From the IMG/VR virus record IMGVR_UViG_3300029845_000007: a stretch of 64,000 nt of DNA; one strand, given 5' to 3'. Under the pieces are notes generated by a model, which ran no database searches, had not been told where the DNA came from, and worked only from the letters and a program-made list of their open reading frames with translations. The position numbers and the translations under genes are program-made. Source of the DNA: a virus. This document shows positions 38,433 to 50,400 of this stretch, one piece after another (positions within the stretch are counted from its first letter, which is position 1; each line of letters begins with the position of its first letter).

Positions 38433-38610
38433 AGTCAGAACTTGCGGTAATTGTATTCATTTAGTAAAGAGAGAAAAAGGTTGTTTCTATAAACATTATA
38501 CGTGCTTAGAAAGAAGTAGTGATACTATTATTACTTCTTGTTATAGAAGACCTAGTACTCCAACTGATTGTTCTTATCATAAATTTAAAAATAATAATTA
38601 TAATGAGTAA
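38416..38610 (+). CDS. Small Cys-rich protein.
   Basis: CGNC...C...C...C pattern, 64 aa. Confidence 0.4.
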   Translation: MEKKNKVRTCGNCIHLVKREKGCFYKHYTCLERSSDTIITSCYRRPSTPTDCSYHKFKNNNYNE

Positions 38611-39145
38611 ATTAAGTAAAGCAATAGCTAATGCTATTATTGAATTTAATGGTGGTTTATTAACTCAAGATAGACTCTTTGATAAACTAGAACGAGACAT
38701 TGATAATGTCTCTGTTAAAGTATGGCGTGAAGATAAATCTGTTCCATTACCTACTTATGGTAAAGAAGGAGATGCTTGTTGTGATGTCTATGCTAAGAAT
38801 ATAGAGATTAAACAAGATGATAGAATAGTTGTTCATACAGGTCTTCATTTTGCTCTTCCTGATAATTACGAAATGGAACTTAGACCTCGCAGTAGTTTTA
38901 CTAAAGGAAATCTTGTAATGCAAAATAGTCCGGGGACGCTCGATGAATCTTATAGAGGAGAATTACTATTTGTATTTAGAGGACTTTACGACCTTGAAGA
39001 ACCTATTGTTCCAAAAGAAGGGGAACGTGTTGGTCAACTTCTTGTTCGTCGTCGTGAGAAGATTACTTGGGATGAAGTTGAAACTCTCGAAGAACTAGGA
39101 ACTACTGAAAGAGGTGTAAAAGGATTTGGTAGTACTGGAAAATAA
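38603..39145 (+). CDS. dut: dUTP diphosphatase (trimeric dUTPase).
   Basis: Motif 3 GTLDESYRGEL. Motif 5 RGVKGFGSTGK. Motif 2 region RPRSS. Start trimmed to ATG 38603 (MSKLSKA). Confidence 0.7.
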   Translation: MSKLSKAIANAIIEFNGGLLTQDRLFDKLERDIDNVSVKVWREDKSVPLPTYGKEGDACCDVYAKNIEIKQDDRIVVHTGLHFALPDNYEMELRPRSSFTKGNLVMQNSPGTLDESYRGELLFVFRGLYDLEEPIVPKEGERVGQLLVRRREKITWDEVETLEELGTTERGVKGFGSTGK

Positions 39146-39181
39146 ACTAATTACTAATTTTAAACAATAAATAATTAAATT

Positions 39182-39865
39182 ATGAAAGCAATTGGAATTA
39201 AAATGGTTGAACTTCAACCAATGAGAGCTAGTATGGCTCTATCAACTGGTTATAAAATAGGTAATGCTCATCCTGATGATATGGGTTATGAAGTTACTTA
39301 TCCAGATGGATATAAAAGTTGGACACCTAAAGATGTAGCTGATGCTGCGTATTATCCTCTTTCAGAGAATAATGACGGTACTAAGATTATTAAAGAAGAT
39401 GTTGAGAACTTTATCACAAATGTAGATGTTACAACAATAGGAGAAAAGACTACTGTTGTTAATGCTCATACTCGTAGTGGTTTCGATATAGTTCGTCATT
39501 CTTCTTGTGTTGACCCTAAGAACTATAACGAAGAACTTGGCAAACAATATGCTATGGAAGAAGTTATTAATGACATTTGGGCACATCTTGGTTTTGTCCT
39601 TCAATGGGCTAAATACGGTATTAATGTTAAACCTAAAGAAAGTAAATATCCTCCTCATATTCAAAGAGTAATTACAGAATATGAAGAGCTTAACGATAAG
39701 ATTGGTAAACTTAATAAATTTATTAATGGCAATCCTTTCTTTAAGAAACTTGATGCAGAAGAGAGAAATGATATGGCTTGTCAGCTTACTTCTATGAGAA
39801 ACTATTCTGATACTCTTCTTTCTCGTCTTACAAGAGCTGGCGTTGATTTCAAAGAACTTATTTAA
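39182..39865 (+). CDS. Hypothetical protein.
   Basis: 227-aa ORF. Confidence 0.5.
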   Translation: MKAIGIKMVELQPMRASMALSTGYKIGNAHPDDMGYEVTYPDGYKSWTPKDVADAAYYPLSENNDGTKIIKEDVENFITNVDVTTIGEKTTVVNAHTRSGFDIVRHSSCVDPKNYNEELGKQYAMEEVINDIWAHLGFVLQWAKYGINVKPKESKYPPHIQRVITEYEELNDKIGKLNKFINGNPFFKKLDAEERNDMACQLTSMRNYSDTLLSRLTRAGVDFKELI

Positions 39866-39876
39866 AACTAAAAAAT

Positions 39877-40170
39877 ATGCTTAAATTAAATAATGTATTA
39901 TCCATAGAAACTTATGGAATTAAATCTAAAGTAGTAAATCCTAAGATACCATATAAGGTATATCAGTGCAATAGTCTAGCTCGTATGCAAGACAAGAACG
40001 GTAGTAATACTCTTCATATTGTTCTTGAAGATATAACTCCTAGTGCTGACAATGATACTTTTGACCGAGAAAAAATTGTAGTTGAACTTAATCAGTTCGC
40101 GAATACTTGGAATCATTATGCTGAACCGAAAGAAGAAATAAAAGATGAAGTCGGAGAAGTACATGATTAA
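39877..40170 (+). CDS. Hypothetical protein.
   Basis: 97-aa ORF. Confidence 0.45.
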   Translation: MLKLNNVLSIETYGIKSKVVNPKIPYKVYQCNSLARMQDKNGSNTLHIVLEDITPSADNDTFDREKIVVELNQFANTWNHYAEPKEEIKDEVGEVHD

Positions 40171-40351
40171 ACAGATTCGTAAAGCTATGCGATATGTTAG
40201 TTGTTTACCGCAACTTAAAGCTCGTAATAAAGTTTATCTCAAACTACAAGAGATAGAAAAGAAGTATAAAGAATAATAAGTAATAATCATTTTTAGTTAT
40301 ACATTATTAAGAGTACTAGTAGTAATACTGGTACTCTTATTTTATAATACT

Positions 40352-40537
40352 ATGACAAAAAGAATAAGCGTTAAAGTAAAAGCCTATCAATCTAATGGAT
40401 TTAGTAGAACTTGTAAGAACTGTATTTATAGACCTTGTACTCCAATGCAATTAAATCTATGTACTAAAGCCTATATAGAAGGTTATATGAAAGGTTACAA
40501 GAGAGCTAAAAAAGATATTAAAGAAAGAATAATATGA
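40352..40537 (+). CDS. Small zinc-ribbon protein.
   Basis: CKNC...C...C. 61 aa. Confidence 0.4.
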   Translation: MTKRISVKVKAYQSNGFSRTCKNCIYRPCTPMQLNLCTKAYIEGYMKGYKRAKKDIKERII

Positions 40538-40712
40538 CACTAGAAACTGTTGGAATAATTATAGGAGGATTAATATTTGCATCAATACCATTTGGAATGT
40601 TAATCTATTGTATTGTAAAAGAATTAGCTGAAAAGAAGTTATGGGGATATTTATTATTCATAGTAATAATGATAATATTGTTTTTAACGAAATCTTCCAT
40701 AGAAACTTCATA
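40536..40712 (+). CDS. Small membrane protein (58 aa, 2 TM).
   Basis: ATGA overlap with the previous ORF. MTLETVGIIIGGLIFASIPFGMLIYCIV... Confidence 0.3.
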
Positions 40713-40806
40713 ATAGATTAGAACTATTAATAGTAGTAATACTGTTGATAGTTCTTTTTTTTATGTTGTACTTGGATAAAATCAACGTATTAATGATAGT
40801 TGTATT

Positions 40807-40915
40807 GCTGGACTTGCCTACGCTCGCAAAGCTCGCTAAATCCCCCATAAAGGAATGGAATTATAGGTAAACCACTCCTCTATGGGGGAAGAAAGCGAGC
40901 CGATAGGCGAGCGAG
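40807..40915. repeat. About 110-bp imperfect palindrome built from two inverted extended copies of the GC-rich dispersed element.
   Basis: Left arm cgctcgcaaagctcgct-aaa-tcccccataaaggaatgg. Right arm ccactcctctatggggga-agaa-agcgagccgataggcgagcgag. Located at the convergence point of the rightward and leftward gene blocks. Confidence 0.7.
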
Positions 40916-41347
40916 ATATAGTAAAGCTAGTATTAATAATAATAGTTCAAACAATAATACTAACGGCACTGGGGATAGTGTTCAGGAAGATGTTCTTCGT
41001 TAGATAGAACATTTGGGAACTTTTTGGATATAGTGAGGTCATAGACGGAGTAAATAGTATTCGGCTCTTTTTCGGGTAGTGAAGCTAAATCAATCGCTAT
41101 TGACAATCATTCTACTAATCCTTGTAGCTTTGTTTCTATTTATCGTCCGAGGTTTTGCACTAGGGCGGAGACACTGCCTAAATGAAATAGTACTTATAAG
41201 TACTAAGACTAATCGAGTTCCCTAGCTCTCCACACTACACGCAACTAATCTAATTAGTCAGATAGCAAATGCTAAATCCCGTACAACAGTCCGAGACGGT
41301 AGGTACTTGTTCACTGCAAAGGTAGTAATTATTTTGATATAAACAAT

Positions 41348-41378
41348 AAGTCGGACTACTTTCACAAGCAATCCGACT
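41348..41378 (-). terminator. Possible terminator downstream of the giant gene.
   Basis: 7-bp stem (agtcgga/tccgact) with a 16-nt loop, followed on the minus-strand RNA by a U-rich tract. Weak. Confidence 0.3.
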
Positions 41379-41408
41379 TTCCTATGAGTTGTAATATTAA
41401 GTAGTTAG

Positions 41409-44400
41409 TTATTCTTCATCTTCATCAGTAATCATATTAGCAACAACTTGACCTAAACCACTAAACGGACTACTACGTACTTTATAGTAACTATTATTAG
41501 CACCAAGTCTTTCATGTTTTATAATCTGATTAACTAATGGTACTTGTTTAAAGAAATTTACTACAAGTTTATTTTCATCTGAATAGCTTCCTGAATTATA
41601 ATATAAATCATCAGGATTACCAGTAATAATATAGCTACAAAGTGCTCCTAATAATCTAAGATTATCTTGCGCAATACTTAATGCAGCAACAGGTTGACTA
41701 TATAGTTTCTTACCTTCATTAGCTAATCCCCACGGAGTATATTGAATAATTTCAGACATTAGACGGTCAGCACTATATAAGATATAGTCAGCTACTTGTG
41801 TAGAATCATCATCGTCATCTAGCATTAATTTTCCTACTACAAATAGTGCTACTGCTTTAGTAATAGCTATCCATTCACCTAAGCATCTACGAATATTGGC
41901 TTTATCATATTCAGGAAGAATGTTATAATAAGTAGTAAGATTAGCTACAAAATCTGCATAACCTTTAGCAATTCCTTGAAGAGTACGAACAGCTTGAAGT
42001 TCGTTACTATCATTAAGTTCGTAGTATTTCTTAAATGGCATTGCTATAAACTCACCTAAACTAACATAAGTTCCTTTACTAATAGATTCTCTAGTTTCAT
42101 TATATATACCGTCAAAGTGACCTAAACGATAACCAAAACGTTTTTGGAATCCAGGAACTAAGTGTTTATGGAACTGCATTAGTAAAGCTCCCCACCAAGA
42201 TTGTTGTAATTGATTAGCACCAATCTTATCATAGATACCATGTATTTGATGATTAACTGATATAACCTTATTACGGAAAGCTGCAATATCATTATTAGTA
42301 AGACCACTGTCAGGTTTAAGAATAGCAACACCATTTTTCAAGATAAGACTTTCTCTAAAAGAAGGATGATTCTCGAACTTAGTTCTTTCTTCTTTAGTAT
42401 CTTCTTTATAGGTAGCTTTAAACTCTTCTCTTATCTCTTTAGGAACAGAGCGTAAGAAGTCAGTTATTATATCAGCTTTAAACTTAACATAACGTTCTTT
42501 CTCAATATATGATTCAAGTACTTTATCTCTGAATGTTTCATATTTAGTAACTAATTCAGGATTATTCTTACGAAGAACTTTAAGCAATGCTTCTTCTCTA
42601 AGTCCCATAGCAAACTGTTCAAATGACATTACTTTATTCTTACCATTAACAGTAACAACTCTATGAGAATGAAGCATAGCTAACAATGTAGCGTTCTGCA
42701 TATAATGTTCACCTGCGGTTTGTTGGATAAACAACAGATTTTCTAATTTACCCATAGGATTGTTACCTTTACCATAACGTTCTGTTATCATATCAGATTC
42801 AATAACATTGAATAATCTAATAATAGCATTAGTTTCGTTATTAGTAGTTTCATTATAAGCATCAGCTAAATAACTACCTACATTCTGCATCCATTCGTTC
42901 TCACCTTTACGGAAGTCTTTGTATTTAAAGAATTGTCCGGCAGCCATTTCCATTTGTATCTGTGTCTTACCATATAATACGTTGGCAATACCACCAGTAA
43001 CGTTTAACATCATAAACTTACTAGATACCATATTACGCATAACACGAGATACTTTAGAACGAGTACCTTCATCCATTTCAAATTCATTAAATACTAACTT
43101 ACGAACTTGATTCTCAAAGTGCTTAACTATATTAGAATCATCACTTTTAGTTGTGCGTATTTCTTGTTTACCAGTAATTCTACTAAGTAATCTATTATCC
43201 ATAAGTTTATCGTTAGGATTTCTCTTAATAATATCCATATTACGTAATTGATTACTAGTAATTTTAGCTAATCTAGCTATATCATTACGAGTATTAAAGT
43301 TATACATACTATCAATAAATGAATTAAGTCTTTCAAGAACATTAGGATTATTACGTTCTACATTTTCCTGTGCTCTTTGCTTACGTAACTCATTGTTCCT
43401 AGCTTGAGTTTCACGAACATAAGCTAGATATTCATCAGTAGTTTCACCTTCTTGTTTCTCACGAATAGGAAGAAGTTTAATCTCTGATAAACTATGTAAC
43501 ATAGGAGCATTACTAAATCTTTTATATAGATTAAGCTCTATATCAGATTTATTAGGAGTATCATACCAACCATGACTGCGTTTAAAGTCTTGCCAATAAT
43601 CAGTAAATCCTTGATGTGGTTGTTCAACAGCTTGATTAGGTAAATAACCACGATTAATATAAGCACGACTACGTTTATCTTTAACAAGACTATTAAGTAG
43701 ATTATCTACTTCATTGTATAGTTGTTGCTGATAGTTATTCATTCCATAATATTTATCATTGCGATATTTATTAGTAGAAGGTTGTAACTTAACTTCATCA
43801 TAGTTAGGATTCTTGTACTTGTCTTTAACTTTAGTTTCTAACCATTTATATTTAGGACTATATTCCATATTATTAGCTTCGTCCTTAACTATCATTTGTC
43901 TCCAAATAGCTAATGGTTCGTATTCTTTAGTAATAGGATTAAGCACATGATTCTCGTTATACCATTTATCAAATACTACTTTACCCATTTTGTTCATAGC
44001 CACATACATAGCTTCGTAGTATACAGTATTGATATAGCTTATATGCTCATCTAACCACTTTTGAGCTTGTTCTTCATTTGGCTTAACTCTACCAACAGCT
44101 GCTGCAAACATTTGCTCTTGATGTTTCTTTAAGTTAGCTATTTGCACTTCTGTAAACTTAGTACCGTCAATAACACCTGTTTCATCATACTTACCGTATG
44201 CCATAGTACGAACAAAACTATCAAAAGGATTGCCAGCACGAGTATCCATATAAGCTTTCTTTAACTCATCTAAGAACTCACCTTTTAACTTATAGTCAGT
44301 ATTAGCTTTAAGCCATTCAGCTGATTCTCGATAAGTTTCAGATGTTTCAGGGTATTGAAGTCCTTCAATAGCTTGTTTATAACGAATAGTAAAAGCATCC

Positions 44401-47400
44401 TTAGGTCTGTTCTCTTTATACTTATTATTAAGTTGACGACGAGACAATAGATAATTATTAACTGCATTAGCTTCATAATAATTCTCTTTGTAATTACCGT
44501 CAACATCAATAACAGCACGCATTTCAGTAAGTTCACTTTGAATCTCGTTAAGACGTCTTTCATTTTGAACAGTAAGAGTACTATAATCATTGTCAATCAT
44601 TGTACTTAATATATCTCCTTCTTCATGCAATAGCTTCATTAACTTAACATAAGTTTCAGGGTATTTATTAAGTAACTGGTTTGTATTGTAGTACTCTTGA
44701 TACATCTCTTTAACGTATTCACGTTCTACATTATCTATTAAGAACTTCTCTAACTCATCTTTAGCTTTCTTATATATTAAACCGTCTCGACCGTTCGGGT
44801 CTTCGATTTGTGCCAGTTTTACAGCCTCTTTTAGCGACCTTAATTTTTCAGTGAACGTTTCATTATACGGCAGCAAAAGATTGCCATTTTCGTCCAAAAT
44901 ATCGTTCAGAGACACGTCTATACCGTTGTTTTTTGCGTCCTCAATGATAGCCGATATTGCCGAAGTAAACGCTATCTTTTTGTCTCTAGCTTCTATTTCA
45001 CTAGCTCTTAACTGATTCATCATTTGTTTAAGAACTATTTGAACTATTGGTATATGTGTCTCTTGACTATCAGCTAACCAAAACTGGAAGAAGTTTTCAT
45101 CTTCAAATGCTTCTGTAATGCTAAGCATATTAGATTGTACACGAGGGTCACTAGAAAGACTAGTAATGTAACTATCGAAGTACATCTTAGTACTACGTTT
45201 AACTACATTATCTAAGTCTTTGATACGTTTGAACTTATCCTTAATCTGTTTAAGCATATCATTAGTTCTACGCAAACCTTCGATTTCTTCTTCTGTTTCA
45301 CTTACAGTATAAGCCTCATCAATATTATAAGGTTGAATAGCTTCAATAATAGAATAGTCTTCTACAAATCTATTAATATCATCTAGGAACATCTCATAAC
45401 GAGTACGTAATGTTTCATCCTTTAACATAAGGTCGAATAACTTCTTATTAGTTATACTCCATTTCTCTTGAACTATCTTGTTACCATTTTCATCTAACTT
45501 ATAAGTTCCGTCAGGATTAGTAACATAAGTAGTAAAGAAGTTGTGTATATCAAATAAGAAATCATCAATACGTCTATTAGTATAACCATTGATAATTCTC
45601 AACGCTTGTTCACGTAAGTTATCATTTAACTTAGTAGCTGTATTAGAACGTAAATCAATAGCTGTAAATGAACGGAAAGCATCGTTTAATGCAGCTTCTT
45701 CTACATTAGCATTACTACGTTCAACACTTTCAATAACACGAGATATATAATCATTTATCTCTTTATCATTATCTATCAATGCAGATTCAAGTATATCTTC
45801 ATTAATAAAGTTATCTTCTGTCTGAACACGAATAATGTTATTATTAGCAAATTTATCTAATCTAGCATTTTCTTTAACTACTTGAGTAATGGCATTACGT
45901 CTAGGGAATTGTAATTGACTAACACTATTAATAGTTACTTTCTTACTATACATATAGTCAGGAGTGAGACCAACAGATTTAGTAGTTACACGACCTAAGT
46001 TAGTAACAATATAAACATTACCTTCCTTTTCGTATCTAAAATATCCACCAGCTCTAAAACCTGTATTATCTACAACAGTTTGTAAAACAGGAACAAAACC
46101 AATACCATTAACATTAACATCTTCAATAGTTTGATTAATGCTAGCTTTAAGTTGAGCATAATAAGGAGATTCAGAATTATCTGATTTCTTCTTTCTAAGT
46201 TGAACTTCATTAGCTTCTAACTTAGTCATAGATGTTTGTAGTCTCTTGGCTGCAATATCAATGTTATTACGGTCATTAATAAGTTTACGGATATTACCGT
46301 AATTCATATTAGGAGCTACAACAACATAATTAGTAATACCAACAGCTTCAAGAGATTCAATAGTATCTAGTATGACCTGATTATCAGTAGCAGCAATAAT
46401 GTATCTACGAGAAGTATCAACTTGTTGCTCCTTTATGGGGGAAGTTAAGACAGTACTATTAGGAAACGCTTCTTCTATTAATAAATTAGCACCAGCTTCA
46501 AATGCTTTAGGAAGAACTACAAACTTACGAATATCAGAGTTCATAGCTATATTAATAGAACTAATAAATGCAGGGTCATACTGATTAATAGAAATTTCTT
46601 CTAATATATCTAATGGAAGAAACATTCTATTATTATCAGGATTAACACTAATTTCTCCAATTTCATTCTGTTCTAATGGATTAGTAGGAAGCATATATAC
46701 AACATCATTATCATATACTAGCTTATATAAACGTAGAACTTTATTATTATCATTAGTTTTAGCGTAATGACGATACTTACGATTATCTTCACTACCAGTA
46801 ATCATTCTGCGTTCTTGTGCTTCTTTAAAACTAAGCATACCTACACCAAGTCTATTGAATACTATCTTATTAGATTCTTTGTACTTCTTATTCTCAAATG
46901 TAAGTACATCAGGATTATTAGGATTAGTTCTAAAGAATAAGTCACGTAATTTTTCTATTGCCTTATCATCATTACTAAGTCTTTCATAGGTTCCTGTTTC
47001 ACTACCGTATTGAACCATACTATTAATGGCTTTGTCTGAATCATTAATAATATTAGTAGCTGTTGAAACTCCATTATCAGAATCAATACCAGTATCCTGT
47101 CCATATAAAAGCTCAACAGGAATAATCTTACTAACTGTTCCGCCTTTAAACTTATAACCTTCTACTACCATAGAATATCTTACTAAATCCATAGCTGTAA
47201 GTTTAACGAAAGGATTATTACTATGCCAAGCATTACGAAACATCTGATATTGAGATTCAGTAGATATAGTACTATCAATAATAGATATTCTATCATAACT
47301 ATTGCGACGACCTTTATACTCCACATTTAGATTTTTAAATAGATTATCATCCGAAGTATATCTTTGAATCAATACTACTTTATTTGCAGGAGACAACTTC

Positions 47401-50400
47401 ATAAATGCTTCTACATTCTTTTCAGACATATCAGACATATCGAAGCTACCTATTACATTAGTATAACCATATAATCTAGCACGAGTATTCTGTTGACTGC
47501 TAATAAGATTCAAATTATAACTAGGAATAAACTCATTATCGCTTCTAGTTATAAATCTATTAGTATTAACAAAATTAGATTGTGCTTGACTCATATTAAT
47601 TATGAAACTCTCTAACTGTTGAATAGTTTGTAGATTACGAACATCGAACTTACTAACTAACTCACGGAACTGTGGAGTTTGAGTTTTGAATATTTCACTA
47701 TCACGAATAATCTTTTCAGTAGCTATACAGCTATACTTCAGTTGATAATATAAAGAAGGATATGCTGATTCTGAATCATCCTGATTAATATCGTTAATAG
47801 TATTGAAACTAATCTTAGGATAAATAGCATCTATAAGATATTTATTACCTTCTTCTGTAACAGCTTTAAGAACAGGATTACCTTTCTTAATACGAGCAAT
47901 ATTGTTATTCTTAATATCAGTAATACGATTAATTACATTATCAATTTCGTTAGCAGATTTACCAGCACCAAACTTATCACTAGTAATAACCATCATGTTA
48001 GTATTGATTTGGTCACCTATCTCTTTGAAATATTCAAATGCCCTTAATGCTTTAATCTGATATATAAGATTATCTGTATTATTATAGCTAGTACTTTCTA
48101 CATCATCTTTAAGATGTTCTCTTAATTCAGTTACTCGTATTCCTTCTTCGAGTAATTCATTTTCATTGATAGTTATTCCTCTAGCTTCAAGCATTGCTTT
48201 AACATCTTTAAGACGAGTTTTCTTAGTAATACTATTAGCTGGAATACCAACAGTCTTAGCCAATCTTATATACATATCTCGTCTCAATCCTATAAGGGGA
48301 TTAAATCCAGTTTCACCGAATACATTATCATTAGCATTTTGTCTAGCAATAAGTTCGGTTATTACAGGTTGATTAACGAATAAGATAGAAGTTTCATAGT
48401 TTGCACCACAATCAACAATAGACTTATATACATCGAAAGTATATAAATCAACATTAGGTACACCACCTTCTTTTACACCGTCAAGAATAAGTGCAGTAGT
48501 TTCAGAAGAGTAAGGAGTAATTAAACGATTATCTATATTAAGATTATCGTAACTCCAACCTAACTGATTATGGTCTACCATTACTTCTTTTCCACTTCTA
48601 GTTACGTCTCTGAAACGTTTTCTTAATTTTGCTTGAGCGTCTTTGGCTTCTTTCTCTGTATTATATGTATATACAAACCTAAAACCACCATGAGCACCGT
48701 CAATAATAGTCTTAGCTTTATTACCAATAGAGGCAAAGTTGTCACGATTAACAGAAATAGCTTTAAGACGTGCACCGGACATATTAGCATCACGATACCA
48801 ATTTTGAGCAATTACTGAATTAATATTACGATAAGTCTCTGACAAACCTTCAAAGATATTACTCTTTGCAGCTTTAATATCTTCAAAATTACTAGACGAT
48901 AAGTTCTCACCAATAGATACTGGTAGATTCATTATATTAATAAATGTATCTACTATTTTATTGTTACGAGCATCACGAGTATTTTGTTGAGCTACTGTTA
49001 ATTGACTAAATTCTTCAAGAGACATAGCTCCTACTATTTCAGCTCTTGCTTGAATAGTTTGTTCTAATCTAGCTCTACGAGTTTCATCAGCATAATCAAT
49101 AGCTAGTTGTTCAGCGTTATCTTTTACATTTTGATAAAATTCTCTTTGTTCATTAATAACAGATTGAATATTACGATACTGTTGTGCAAACTTAGCAACA
49201 TATTCATCATTAGCATATTCACTTTCATAAAAGTCCATCTTACTTACAATAGCGTCTACTCTTTCACCAAACTTTAATTCTTTTGATTTAAAAGTAATAG
49301 TAAGATTATCTTTTATTTCTCTTGGAAGCTCAGCCCATGTTTCATCTGTTTCAGCTATTAAATCTCTAACTTGGTCAGTTAAGAATTTATCATATTCTTC
49401 ATTAGCTTTAAGAACAGTTTCTCTTGCAGCTTTACGAGCTTCTTTAAATTCTTCTTTAGTAAATTCAGAATTAGTAGCTTTACGAGTTTCTTTATCTATT
49501 AAAGAATTAACATATCCTATATATCTACGATAAGTAGATACTTCGTCTTCTCCTCCTATATATTCGACTTTATGAGGTTTACCATTTCTATCAAAATAAG
49601 CAGTATGATAAATACCATAGATACTATCAATATCAAAGTCAGCACCGGTCTGTAATACCCATTCATCAGGAACAACAATAGTAGAACCTTGAGATTCATC
49701 TAATAAACCTACTACTTTCATTACTGCTACTGATTGCTTACCTTCTGTTGGAATACGATAACCAATCATAGTATCTAGTCCAGCATTTTGTAAATCTTTA
49801 AGAGTAACTTCCTTAACTAGATTACCTTCTGCATCATAAGTATTATAAGCTTTTACCATCCATTTAGGTAACAATATCTCTACTATTTGACTACCGTCTT
49901 TATGATACGTTAGTTTACGTCCAAGAGAATAACCGTGTTTCTCTTCTACTCTAGATTGCATCAAATCTCTTAAATCACTACGACCTGATAGTTCGGTCAT
50001 GCCAATATCTGAAACTTGACTAGCATGAAATCCTGGAAGTACTTGTCGAGTAACACGATTAGTAAATATACTATTTACAATATTTTCTATCTTGCTACGA
50101 ACTAGATTAGTCCAAGCAGGCATATAAGGCAATCCAGTTTCAGGATTTATTTCAGCATACTTACGATAATTACTGTCTAATCCTCTACGAGTTAACTCAT
50201 CCTTAATAAGAGATATAAACTGATTATTATCTATCTTAGCTTGATTACCTTCATATACTACATTACCTTTAGCATCAATCTCTACACCAATACGAGCAGC
50301 AGCATCTTTAAAACTATCTTGAATATTAGCAGTAAAGTTGTCAAAGAAATCTTTAATAAGAGATTGACCTTCGGGAGTATTACCAATATTATCTATTAGT

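Noticed and set aside
40960-41400. Possible tRNA or other RNA gene in the GC-richer non-coding stretch
   Set aside because: No cloverleaf-compatible segment and no GTTC-type T-loop found by eye. Left as an unassigned structured region pending a proper scan.
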